This document shows positions 38,394-47,425 of a stretch of 64,000 nucleotides of DNA, piece after piece. The position numbers were made by a program, and so were the translations under genes. This DNA comes from Candidatus Eiseniibacteriota bacterium (lineage in GTDB: Bacteria; Eisenbacteria; RBG-16-71-46). Below the pieces are notes generated by a model, which worked only from the letters and a program-made list of their open reading frames with translations, ran no database searches and was not told the DNA's origin. Location: contig CAVUWA010000002.1 in the NCBI GenBank assembly GCA_963744995.1, positions 384,001-448,000 on the forward strand. Direction: 5' to 3'. Every line of letters begins with the position of its first letter. The stretch's first letter is position 1.

Positions 38394-39368
38394 ATGAACC
38401 GCGTCGCGAGGACGATCGGGGTCGCCACCGCGATCCTCCTGTGCCAGGGCGCCGGTGCGCCGGGGGCGATCGCGTCCCCGCCGGGAACCGACGGCGAAGT
38501 CGGGATCGCTTTGACCTACGAGTGGTATCAGGGAGGAGATCATCTCTTCTCGACAGATGCCATCGACGGCTACGCCACTCACGGCTACGTGGCCGAAGGG
38601 CGCCGCTGGGATCTGGGTGTGGCGAGGGCACAGACGATCCTGGGGAACGTGGATGTGGGGCTTCCTTTCGGATCGACGGTGACCGTCGGTGCGGCCTGGG
38701 TGATCGCGTGGTACGACGGGCGCGCACCGGTCAATGCCGAAGTCGACGACGGCAGGATTCGCGGATGGCTGCAGGATGGGACCGTGCGCCTGGGCCGACC
38801 CTGGGACCTCGGAACATTTCGCTGGACACCATTCCTCGGCGCATCGTTTCCCCTGGCCGACTACCCGGTCAGCGGCCACGCGGCGCCGGGCAGCGGTTAC
38901 GTCGAGGCCAGAGCCGGCATTCGTATCGATCACCTGCTCGGCGATTATGGAGGCTTCGGTCCATCGAGCTTCGAGGTCTCGTACGGAACCATCACCAACG
39001 TGAGCAAGCGGGACCTGTCGCGCTTGAGGATCGCGGCCCGCATCGGGCACTTCCTGTCGAGGCGGATGACGCTCGCGGTGTCGGGGCGATTCTCCGACGT
39101 TCGGGGCGGCCTCGAATGGGTCAGTCTCGGCGGCCCGAGCATTCACGGCACGGGAGGCGGCGCCGGCCTCGACAACAACCTCACGGCCGCCCGCGCCGCC
39201 TGGGCGGGCATGGGAATGGCCTGGCAACCGACCGAACGCTGGGGATTCGACGTCAGCCTCCACCACCTGGTCTGGGGCGAGAACGTCGAGGATGGGCTCA
39301 TCGTCAGCGCGGGCGTACGGACCGCTTTCCATGGGCGGGGAGCGGGACAGGTGGCGCCCGCGGAGTAG
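38394..39368 (+). CDS. Putative outer-membrane beta-barrel protein
   Basis: Signal peptide, alternating aromatic/hydrophobic strands, C-terminal LIVSAGVRTAF. Confidence 0.6.
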   Translation: MNRVARTIGVATAILLCQGAGAPGAIASPPGTDGEVGIALTYEWYQGGDHLFSTDAIDGYATHGYVAEGRRWDLGVARAQTILGNVDVGLPFGSTVTVGAAWVIAWYDGRAPVNAEVDDGRIRGWLQDGTVRLGRPWDLGTFRWTPFLGASFPLADYPVSGHAAPGSGYVEARAGIRIDHLLGDYGGFGPSSFEVSYGTITNVSKRDLSRLRIAARIGHFLSRRMTLAVSGRFSDVRGGLEWVSLGGPSIHGTGGGAGLDNNLTAARAAWAGMGMAWQPTERWGFDVSLHHLVWGENVEDGLIVSAGVRTAFHGRGAGQVAPAE

Positions 39369-39429
39369 CTTTTGGAACCCGCCGCCGTGTGAATGCCGCC
39401 TTTCCGCCATTCTCGGAGCGGGAGGATCT

Positions 39430-39741
39430 ATGGGAGCGCTGAGCCTGGGCGGATCCACGGGCCGCTGTCCGTACTGCCAGTCTGCACCGATCGAAACTGT
39501 TCGACGCGTCTGGTACCTGCGAAGCTACGTGCTGTTTGCGCGCTACGGCAGTCACTTCCTGGTCGGCTGCCGTTCGTGCACCGTGCGAGCCATCCGGCGC
39601 AGCCTGCTGATCAACGCGGCGACGGGCTGGTGGGGCGTTCCATGGGGCCTTGGGACGCCGGTTGTCATTGCGCAGAACCTGCTACAGCTCCTGGCGAGGT
39701 CGGAAGATCAGACACCGGGAGCCCCTCGGCCTCAGGGATAG
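39430..39741 (+). CDS. Small hypothetical membrane protein with a CxxC...CxxC Zn-ribbon-like motif
   Basis: GGAGG RBS; RCPYCQ...GCRSC...GWWGVPWG hydrophobic tail. Confidence 0.5.
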   Translation: MGALSLGGSTGRCPYCQSAPIETVRRVWYLRSYVLFARYGSHFLVGCRSCTVRAIRRSLLINAATGWWGVPWGLGTPVVIAQNLLQLLARSEDQTPGAPRPQG

Positions 39742-40114
39742 CAGTGCCGGCAGCTGAGTCCTCTCACGACACCGAGGAATCCGGGTTTCTCCCGTGCATT
39801 TCACCGGAGTCGCGCATTTCCCCTGTGCGATCGGTCTTTCCCCTCGGAACGAACGTCAGCGAGGCCTCCACGACGGGCGTTTGAGGCGAGGCCGGGCGGG
39901 CCTCGGCCCGCCACGCAATGCAGGGCCGCACGCGAACCGGGAATGGTGAGACCGGCCGGGCCCGGCCACGAGCAGCGAACGTGAGCCGGGCCCTTCGCGT
40001 TTACGCCTGCGCAGGCAAGCGCTGCCCGGGCACTCCGCTCCTGCGGAAACCGCCCGGCGAGTCCCGCAACCGGCCCCCGGATGTTCCGGCCGCCGCGCCA
40101 CGGAGGAGAGTGTC

Positions 40115-41272
40115 ATGTCCCGAGTACTGCCCGCCGCATTCGTACTGCTCGTCATCTCCGCTTTCGGTTGCTCCCGCGACGTTCCGCTCGCGCCGTCGAC
40201 GGATGGTTCGCGCAACGCAATGCCCACCGCGCAGGTTCCGCAGATCGATCGCACGGAGATCGATGCGATGGAACAGCAGGCCCTGTCGCCCGCGGGCGGT
40301 CTCGCAACGATCGGCAAGGGCCGCAGGATGGTCGAAGTGCCCGACGGCTCGGTGGACGCGCTCGCCGACGCGATCGCGCAGGCCGGCGCCAACGGGGTCG
40401 TGCTGCTCAAGAGCGGCATCCACGCGGAATCGGGCACGGTGAAGATCGAGGTCCCGGTGACCGTCATCGGCGAGGAAGGCGCCGAACTGGTGACGTCCGC
40501 GGGCGGGCTCTCCAGCGCCATTCCACTCGACGTGGTCCCCGGCGTGCAAGTCGCTGCGGATCACGTCGTGATCCGAAACATCGCGTTCCGACCGGCAAGT
40601 GGAGACGGTAATACGGGGGTCCTGATCGACGGCGGAAGCCACTGCACACTGTTTGGCAATCATTTGAGCGGGTATCAATTCAGCCTGGTCGTCGCGAGCG
40701 GCAACTTCAATCGGATCTGGAACAACACGGTCGTCACGAACAGCGCCTGGCAGATCGGAGCGGTCAGCGACGCGCATGGAATCGTCCTGGTGAACGGTTC
40801 GCACGGAAGCGTGATGGACAACGACGTGTCGAATGCGGTGTTCGGCATGTGGATCTGCGGCCCCCGCGGCGAGCTCGCCTTCAACAGCGCCCATGGCAAC
40901 TATGTCGGCATCATTCTCTGCAAGGTGCCGCAGGCGCTGCAGCTCCCCGGAGGCGCCATCATCGGCTCCGAGCTCAGCGGTCAGAACTGGGCCGCCGTTG
41001 AGAACAGCACGACGAGCAACCTCACCACCGGCCTGCTCGTCATCGACGGCGCGAACAACAACGTGATCGCCGACAACGCGTCCTCGGGAAACGGCACCTA
41101 CGACGTCGAGCTGACGGGCGACACCTACCGGTTCGGCTTCCTGACCCCGGCGAGCTTCGAGAACACGTTCATCGCGGGTTCGTATCCGGACATCGAGATC
41201 AAGAACTGCGGCAACGACAACCAGATCATCGGCGGCGCGCTGGTGGACAACAGCGTGGAGCCGTGTGACTGA
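40115..41272 (+). CDS. Lipoprotein with a right-handed parallel beta-helix (pectate-lyase/NosD-like fold)
   Basis: Lipobox AFGC; LADAIAQA...VLLKSG.H; repeated Asn-rich helix turns (FGNHL, IWNNTV, MDNDV, ADNAS). Confidence 0.75.
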   Translation: MSRVLPAAFVLLVISAFGCSRDVPLAPSTDGSRNAMPTAQVPQIDRTEIDAMEQQALSPAGGLATIGKGRRMVEVPDGSVDALADAIAQAGANGVVLLKSGIHAESGTVKIEVPVTVIGEEGAELVTSAGGLSSAIPLDVVPGVQVAADHVVIRNIAFRPASGDGNTGVLIDGGSHCTLFGNHLSGYQFSLVVASGNFNRIWNNTVVTNSAWQIGAVSDAHGIVLVNGSHGSVMDNDVSNAVFGMWICGPRGELAFNSAHGNYVGIILCKVPQALQLPGGAIIGSELSGQNWAAVENSTTSNLTTGLLVIDGANNNVIADNASSGNGTYDVELTGDTYRFGFLTPASFENTFIAGSYPDIEIKNCGNDNQIIGGALVDNSVEPCD

Positions 41273-41349
41273 GTGGCGATAGACCATCCTGTCCATGACC
41301 CGAGTGCTCATTGATGGGCCAGGGCGGCGATGGATCAGAGGAGGCTACA

Positions 41350-42291
41350 ATGAGTTGGAAGCTGGCGTGCCTGATATCTTGCGTGACGTGGGGTTTCGCA
41401 AGTCAAGCGCAGGCACAGTTCAACCCAAGCGCTACGGTCGTTTGTGGTGGACCACAGGGCCACTGCTATAGGCGTGTCGGAATTGCAACCTGCACCCAAT
41501 ACAGTTGGGAAACTGTCAGCAACTATGCCCTCGGAAGCAGCTACCAGGGATGGCCTGGCCATCTCCTCACAGTCGAGAGCTCTGCTGAGTGGCAGGCGGG
41601 ATTCGGATCGAACGACTGTTACATCGGAGCCCTGGGCCCCAGCAATGGCCCCTACTCATGGGCTGTGGGTCCGTCCGCTGGAACTCCGGTGACGTACTTT
41701 GGAACGTTCGTTGCCGGGTCCGGAGGATGCGCTCCATTCTCAGCACTTGAGACCAACAACACCGTTTACTACGCGGCATCACCAACGAATGCCGGAACGC
41801 GTGCCTGCAATTCGGGTCAGTGCTTCGCGGGTGAGACTTTCATCATCGAGTACGAGCCTGATACCGTCGCCCCCCAGTCTCAGCTGGTCATGCCCAGCCG
41901 CGGCGAAGTGTTCGCGGTAGGGACTCCGATTACGGTCGCCTGGACGGCCAGCGATCCCTTCGGATTCTTGGATTCCGTGGACCTCGAGTTATCACGAACC
42001 GGACCGAGCGGCCCCTTCGTGCCCCTCGCGTTTGGGTTGCCACCCGGTAGCACGTCAGCTCCCATGCTGACCACGACGACTGGCATGGCCTCTTCACAGG
42101 TGACAGGTAGTTACACATGGGTACCGTGTGAGCCAGCGGAGAGCATCATGTTGCGCATTACGGTGTGGGACAAGGCGGGGAACCAGGGGTCTGGCCTCAG
42201 CGACGGAACGTTTGCGATCGAGGGAGTCAATGAATGTCCAACCCGTGTGACCTCTACCTCGTGGGGGCGATTGAAGAGTTACTATCGGTAG
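41350..42291 (+). CDS. Secreted protein: C-type-lectin-like domain, Ig-like domain, C-terminal SWGxLKxxYR motif
   Basis: Signal peptide ...QAQA|QF; YSWE...GHLLTVESSAE...YIGA...YSWAVG; PSRGEVFAVGTPITVAWTASD; ends TSTSWGRLKSYYR*. Codon usage is visibly more AT-rich than core genes. Confidence 0.7.
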   Translation: MSWKLACLISCVTWGFASQAQAQFNPSATVVCGGPQGHCYRRVGIATCTQYSWETVSNYALGSSYQGWPGHLLTVESSAEWQAGFGSNDCYIGALGPSNGPYSWAVGPSAGTPVTYFGTFVAGSGGCAPFSALETNNTVYYAASPTNAGTRACNSGQCFAGETFIIEYEPDTVAPQSQLVMPSRGEVFAVGTPITVAWTASDPFGFLDSVDLELSRTGPSGPFVPLAFGLPPGSTSAPMLTTTTGMASSQVTGSYTWVPCEPAESIMLRITVWDKAGNQGSGLSDGTFAIEGVNECPTRVTSTSWGRLKSYYR

Positions 42292-42348
42292 ACAGAGTTG
42301 ATGCCAGCTAGAGCACCGAGGTTTCTGCTCCGGGCTGGAGTGCCGCCT

Positions 42349-42620
42349 TTACTCCACCACTGCGCACCCCGTCACCGGCACCAGCCGTCCGTCTTCGAGC
42401 CGCACCGGCGGCAGATACTCGCCCACAAGCTCGCGTGTCCACCACGCGCCGGTGGCGCGGTGCGTCCCGGCGTCGGAGAAACGGTGCAGGTAGAGCTTGG
42501 CGCGCAGGGACTCGGGCGGATGCTTCGGGAACGGATCGGTGGCGAGCCGTCCGAGCACAGGCTTCGAGCCCGCAAGCAGCTGGCGTGAAAAGCGCACGAA
42601 CTAGTATGCGGCCGCCGGGC
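42349..42620 (-). pseudogene. Diverged 3'-end remnant of a lipase maturation factor (LMF) gene
   Basis: AY*FVRFSRQLLAGSKPVLG...TGAWWTRE.VG.YLPPVRLEDGRLVPV aligns with the C-terminus of the LMF gene at 45446-45720. Trp is replaced by TAG at 42601-42603. Confidence 0.9.
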
Positions 42621-42641
42621 GCACGAAATGAGCCGATCTTC

Positions 42642-43142
42642 ATGGCGCTCGGTGAGGCGGCTGCCGGGCGAGACTCGGCTTTGCGATCGTGGATGGACGG
42701 ATCATCTCTGGCGGATGCCCTGCCGGCTACGCTGCGGACGCTTGAAGGCTGGTGCGCGCTGGGGGCGCGCGACCTCGAGACGGCAGCGGCCGCGGCGACT
42801 TCCGTTGTCCGATCCGTGGGTTCGGAGGATTCCCCTGAGGCTCGCCCTCTCGCATGCTGGATCGCCGCCCGGGCATTCGAGGCGGCCGGAGAACGCGACT
42901 CGGCGATCGCCTACTGCGAGAGGGTCGCTTCCAGCTCCGGCCTGTGGAGCAACGAACTGGACCGCGAGCTCCTGCTCCGGAACGCCGGCCGGTGCGAGCT
43001 GATTCGCCTCGCCCTCGAAGCCAATCGGATCCAGATGGCGAAAGGGCAGCTGGGCGCGCTGATGCGGGATTGCCGCGACGCAGACCCGCAGGTCCGAGGT
43101 TTCGTCGAGCGGCTCGCGGCCCGGGTTCAGGCCGCCGGGTAG
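42642..43142 (+). CDS. Helical TPR-like fragment, possibly a gene remnant
   Basis: WIAARAFEAAGERDSAIAYCERV...MRDCRDADP resembles the TPR tails of kinase-TPR proteins. No clear RBS. Confidence 0.35.
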   Translation: MALGEAAAGRDSALRSWMDGSSLADALPATLRTLEGWCALGARDLETAAAAATSVVRSVGSEDSPEARPLACWIAARAFEAAGERDSAIAYCERVASSSGLWSNELDRELLLRNAGRCELIRLALEANRIQMAKGQLGALMRDCRDADPQVRGFVERLAARVQAAG

Positions 43143-43302
43143 GTCGCGAACGGTTCGAGCAGGGCCTCTCGGAAAGGGTGGGGGAGGTGCGGCCGAACTG
43201 CCCGGCAGCCGCCATCTGCACGAAGGCAACCGCCTCCCTTGCTCCCCGTGCTAACCTCCCGCCCTGCCCGTGCTTCGCCGCGTGGCCGGAAAGGAGGTCC
43301 GC

Positions 43303-44772
43303 TTGGCAGCTCAGCCGTCGCTGTCCCTCGCCGACACGCCGCTCTCCAATCCCGACATCGCCCCGATTCCAGCTTCGGGCCGCACCTGGAACTGGTGGAA
43401 CTACGCCGCCCTCTGGATCGGCATGGCGGTGTGCATCCCGACCTACACGCTCGCCTCCGGGCTGATCGACACCGGCATGTCGTGGGGGCAGGCGCTGTTC
43501 ACGATTCTGCTCGGCAACACGATCGTCCTGCTGCCGATGCTCCTCAACGCCCACGCCGGCGCCAGGTACGGAATCCCGTTCCCGGTGTTCGCGCGCGCCT
43601 CGTTCGGCGTACTCGGCTCCAACGTGCCGGCGCTGCTGCGCGCGCTGGTCGCGTGCGGCTGGTTCGGCATCCAGGCCTGGATCGGCGGCGCGGCGATCTT
43701 CCAGCTCACGAAGCTGGTCTGGCCGGGGATCGCCACGCTGCCGGCGATCGTGCCCGCGTGGGTCGGCGCCTCGACCGGCGAGCTGCTCGCCTTTCTCCTG
43801 TTCTGGGCCATCAACGTCTGGTTCATCGTGAAGGGCATCGACTCGATCAAGTGGCTCGAGTCGATGGCGGCGCCTCTGCTGCTGCTGGTCGGGCTCGCGC
43901 TGCTCGGGTGGGCCTACCGGCGCGCCGGGGGTTTCGGGCCGATGCTGTCGCAGCCCTCGCAGTTCCCGACGCTGAAGACGTTTCTGCCGGCGTTCTTCCC
44001 CGGGCTCACGGCGATGGTCGGTTTCTGGGCGACGCTCTCGCTCAACATTCCCGACTTCACGCGCTATGCGCGCTCGCAGCGGGAACAGATCGTGGGGCAG
44101 TCGGTCGGCCTGCCGCCGACGATGCTGCTGTTCTCGTTCATCGGCGTGGCGGTGACCTCCGCGACGCTGGTGATCTTCCCGGGCGAAGGCGCGATCTGGG
44201 ACCCGGTGGCGCTGCTCGGCCGCATCGGTGGCCCGCTCGCCGTGCTGATCTCGATGCTCGCCCTGTCGATCGCGACGCTCACCACGAATCTCGCCGCCAA
44301 CGTGGTGTCACCGGCGAACGATTTCAGCAACCTGGCGCCACGGTTGATCTCGTTCCGCACGGGCGGGCTGATCACGGCGCTGGTCGGGATCGTCATGATG
44401 CCGTGGAAGCTGCTGGCCTCGGCGTCGGGCTACATCTTCACCTGGCTCGTCGGCTACTCCGCGCTGCTCGGGCCGATCGGCGGTATCCTGATCGCCGACT
44501 ACTTCCTGCTGCGGAAGCGCCGACTGGACGTGGACGATCTCTACCGGCGCGGCGGTCGTTACGAATACGCGGGCGGGGTGAATCCGGCGGCGCTGATCGC
44601 CCTTGCGGTCGGGGTGGCGCCCAACGTGCCGGGATTCCTCGCGCACGCGTTTCCCGCGCGCTTCGGTGGACTTCCGGCCTTCTGGACGGGATTGTATTCT
44701 TACGCGTGGTTCCTGGGGTTCGGTCTCGCCGCGGTGGTGTATCTGCTGCTGATGCGGGGACACCGGGAATGA
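43303..44772 (+). CDS. NCS1 nucleobase:cation symporter (uracil/hydantoin/cytosine family)
   Basis: TTG after AAGGAGG; RTWNWWNYAALWIGM, YGIPFPV.ARASFG, ACGWFGIQ, WATLSLNIPDFTRY, NVVSPANDF. Confidence 0.93.
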   Translation: MAAQPSLSLADTPLSNPDIAPIPASGRTWNWWNYAALWIGMAVCIPTYTLASGLIDTGMSWGQALFTILLGNTIVLLPMLLNAHAGARYGIPFPVFARASFGVLGSNVPALLRALVACGWFGIQAWIGGAAIFQLTKLVWPGIATLPAIVPAWVGASTGELLAFLLFWAINVWFIVKGIDSIKWLESMAAPLLLLVGLALLGWAYRRAGGFGPMLSQPSQFPTLKTFLPAFFPGLTAMVGFWATLSLNIPDFTRYARSQREQIVGQSVGLPPTMLLFSFIGVAVTSATLVIFPGEGAIWDPVALLGRIGGPLAVLISMLALSIATLTTNLAANVVSPANDFSNLAPRLISFRTGGLITALVGIVMMPWKLLASASGYIFTWLVGYSALLGPIGGILIADYFLLRKRRLDVDDLYRRGGRYEYAGGVNPAALIALAVGVAPNVPGFLAHAFPARFGGLPAFWTGLYSYAWFLGFGLAAVVYLLLMRGHRE

Positions 44773-44845
44773 ACATGGGGGTGGCGTGCACGGTCGTGCG
44801 GCGGGCCGAAGTGCGGCTTGTGACCCGCGTCCCGAGGGAGGACGG

Positions 44846-45181
44846 ATGAGCGGAATCCAGGTCGAGCATCGCGACGGAGCAGCGATCCTCACGCCGACGG
44901 GGAGCCTCGTCGGCGGGGACGGAACGGAGCGGCTCGAGAACCTGATCGAGGAAGTGCTCAAGGATCTGCCCGCGCGCATCGTCCTCGACTTCTCGGGTGT
45001 CGACCATATGAACTCGGTCGGCATGGCCGCCGTCATCCGGGCGCACGCCGCCTGTCGCAAGCGACACATCGGCTTCTTCGTCGTCCGCGCGCCCGAGCGG
45101 ATTCGCGATGTGTTCGAGATCACCCGCATCTCGACGCTGGGAATCCTCAAGGACACACTCGAGGACACGGCCGCGGGCTGA
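44846..45181 (+). CDS. STAS-domain anti-sigma factor antagonist
   Basis: GGAGG RBS; IVLDFSGVDHMNSVG (phospho-Ser position); VFEITRI. Confidence 0.88.
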   Translation: MSGIQVEHRDGAAILTPTGSLVGGDGTERLENLIEEVLKDLPARIVLDFSGVDHMNSVGMAAVIRAHAACRKRHIGFFVVRAPERIRDVFEITRISTLGILKDTLEDTAAG

Positions 45182-45445
45182 CGGGTGCGGGGCCGTCTCG
45201 GCCCGGCACCGGACACCATGGCCACGAGCGGAACGGGTCGCCGGGGCTGCGCGCGCACCCGCTGCGGATGCGCGGCGATGAGCGAGGCGCCGTCGGCGGT
45301 CTGCGGGTCGCCGTCCGCGAAGACGCGGCGGTCGATCGCCCCGACGGGGGTCTGATCGGCACTCGACGGCTGGTGGTGCAGCACTAGCCGTCCGTTTCGA
45401 CGACAGTGCCGCGGCCGCCGCAGGAACGGCGGCCGCGGCGCGCCG

Positions 45446-47323
45446 TCACTCCGCACCCAGTTCCAGCACCGGCACCAGCCTGCCGTCCTCGAGCCGGACC
45501 GGAGGCAGGTAGGTGCCGACGCGCTCTCGCGTCCACCATGCGCCGGTCGCACGGCGGGTCGCCGCGTCGGAGAACCGGTATCGCCACAGCGTCGCGCGCA
45601 GGTACTCGGGCGGGCGACCGGGGAACGGGTCCGCGCCGAGCAGGCCCAGCACCGGCTTCGAGCCCGCGAGCAGCTGACGCGCGAACCGCACGAACCAGTA
45701 GGCCGGTCGCCCGGGCTCGAGCGCGGCGAACCACATCTGCCAGTCGAGGCGCGGCATGTGGCCGATCACGAACGGTGGGCGGCGCGTCGGGTCGCCGGGC
45801 TTGAAGCGGAACGGGTACGACCGCCAGACCACGCCGTCGCGGCTGCCCTCGACGTCGATCTCCAGTCGACGGGTCGTCATCACCGCGAACAATCCGTAGC
45901 CGTTGATCGTGCGGAACGGCCGCACGATCTGATACGTCGCGGGCAGAGGGCCCAGCCACGCGGCCGGGACGTGCATCGTCGCGAGCAGCGGGTAGACGCC
46001 GAGCACGATGAGCACGATGGCGGCCGCGCTCGCGACGCGGCGCCCGGCAGGCGCAGCGTCGCCGCGCGCCGCCTCGGGCGTTCCGTCGAGCCCGGCCCGG
46101 CGCCTGAGCCACGCCGGCCACGCGGCGTCGTCGAGGAGCATCACGCACAGCGCGAGCGCCAGCCAGTTGAAGAATCCGTAGTTGCCGCTCACGAGGATCA
46201 GTCCCTGGAGGATCGCCATGACCGCGGCGCCGAACATGCGCGCGCGCCGCGGCGCGAAGACGAGAAACGGCGCGAGGCCTTCGATCGCGAACATCGCGGC
46301 CGCCGAGGACGACTGGAACCATGCGGGCAGGTGATGCGCGTACCACGCCGTCCACGGCGGCAGCGGCTGCGTCTCGTAGTGGAAGCGCAGCGCGGTGAGG
46401 TGGCGCCAGGACGGATCGCCGCTCATGATCTTGACCACCGCCGACGAGAACATGAGTCGGAACAGCAACCAGCGCGCGAGCCACACGGCCGCGCGCGTCG
46501 GCTGCCAGGTGTCGCGCAGGCGGGAACGCCACGCCCACGGCGCGAGCAGCGCCGCGGCGATGCCGGCCTCGAGCAGCAGGCCGTCCCACTGAAACCACAG
46601 GAAGTCGCCGCCGACCGAGACGAGCGAGAGGTACAGTCCCCAGGCGAGCAGCAGCATCCCACGCGGCGCGACACCGGCCACGACGAGCGCCGCGGCGATC
46701 ATGCCCGCCACGCCGAGCCCGATCAGGAAGCCGTCGCCCGCGTTCAGCCAGGCCAGCGTGGGCAGCAGGTAGAAGCGCTCCGGTCCGTAATGTTGTGCGA
46801 GCTGCGCGAGGTACTCGGCCGCGGGCAGGATGCCGTCGCGCCCGGCGAGGCCGCGGATCTGCAGGGTCATCGACGCGAACGCCACGAGGTGGACCACGCC
46901 GACGAGCCGCACGAACACCCACCCGGTCAGCCGCTCGCCGGGCGGTACCACATGGTCGCCCCAGAGGAGGTGCGTGAGCGCCGTCGCGCGGTCGCGGTGC
47001 CGGGCGACGAGCCGGTAGAACGTTTCGGTGAGCGGCGCGACGCCGGGCACGCGCCGGTACGCCCACCAGCCGAAACCGCCATGCGGCGCGTGCGCCAGCG
47101 CCCGGAACACGGCGGCGGCTCCGTACCGCACCGTGCCGCCCGGCTCGATCAGGACCACCGATTCGGCGAAGCGTTCCGCCGGGACTTCCGGATGCTCCGC
47201 CGCCACCGCCTGCGACGGCGCGACGTCCACGTGCCGGTCGATCGCACCGCGCCAGCGCGCCACCCAGCTTCGGCAGAAGCCGCAGTCACCATCGAAGACG
47301 AGCAGCGGGCGGGAGGAGGGCAT
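45446..47323 (-). CDS. DCC1/DUF393 thiol-disulfide oxidoreductase domain fused to a lipase maturation factor family protein
   Basis: N-terminal LVFDGDCGFC...YRLVARHR; LMF motifs FQWDGLLLEAG, HYETQPLP, GNYGFFNWL, YGLFAVMT, PRLDWQMWFAAL. Confidence 0.9.
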   Translation of the reverse strand: MPSSRPLLVFDGDCGFCRSWVARWRGAIDRHVDVAPSQAVAAEHPEVPAERFAESVVLIEPGGTVRYGAAAVFRALAHAPHGGFGWWAYRRVPGVAPLTETFYRLVARHRDRATALTHLLWGDHVVPPGERLTGWVFVRLVGVVHLVAFASMTLQIRGLAGRDGILPAAEYLAQLAQHYGPERFYLLPTLAWLNAGDGFLIGLGVAGMIAAALVVAGVAPRGMLLLAWGLYLSLVSVGGDFLWFQWDGLLLEAGIAAALLAPWAWRSRLRDTWQPTRAAVWLARWLLFRLMFSSAVVKIMSGDPSWRHLTALRFHYETQPLPPWTAWYAHHLPAWFQSSSAAAMFAIEGLAPFLVFAPRRARMFGAAVMAILQGLILVSGNYGFFNWLALALCVMLLDDAAWPAWLRRRAGLDGTPEAARGDAAPAGRRVASAAAIVLIVLGVYPLLATMHVPAAWLGPLPATYQIVRPFRTINGYGLFAVMTTRRLEIDVEGSRDGVVWRSYPFRFKPGDPTRRPPFVIGHMPRLDWQMWFAALEPGRPAYWFVRFARQLLAGSKPVLGLLGADPFPGRPPEYLRATLWRYRFSDAATRRATGAWWTRERVGTYLPPVRLEDGRLVPVLELGAE

Positions 47324-47390
47324 GTCGGGATTCTAGGGAGCGGGCGACCGCGACGCGAAGCGCTCCAGCCGGCTGGTGATCGTCCATTCC

Positions 47391-47419
47391 TTGACTGGAT
47401 CCAGACCTGTAATTAGTCT
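47391..47419 (+). promoter_or_regulatory. Sigma70-type promoter for fur-katG, probably leaderless
   Basis: TTGACT (47391-47396), 17-bp spacer, TAGTCT (47414-47419). The GTG start at 47426 follows 6 nt after the -10 element with no RBS. Confidence 0.6.
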
Positions 47420-47425
47420 GCCGCC

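Noticed and set aside
40115..41272. Second nosD
   Set aside because: Generic beta-helix lacking the NosD motifs (RYGxHxMY, GNYW/F-D) and lying outside the nos cluster.
45381..45400. 20-nt stretch resembling the LMF 3' end (possible third copy or att site)
   Set aside because: Too short and mismatched to distinguish from chance in GC-rich DNA.
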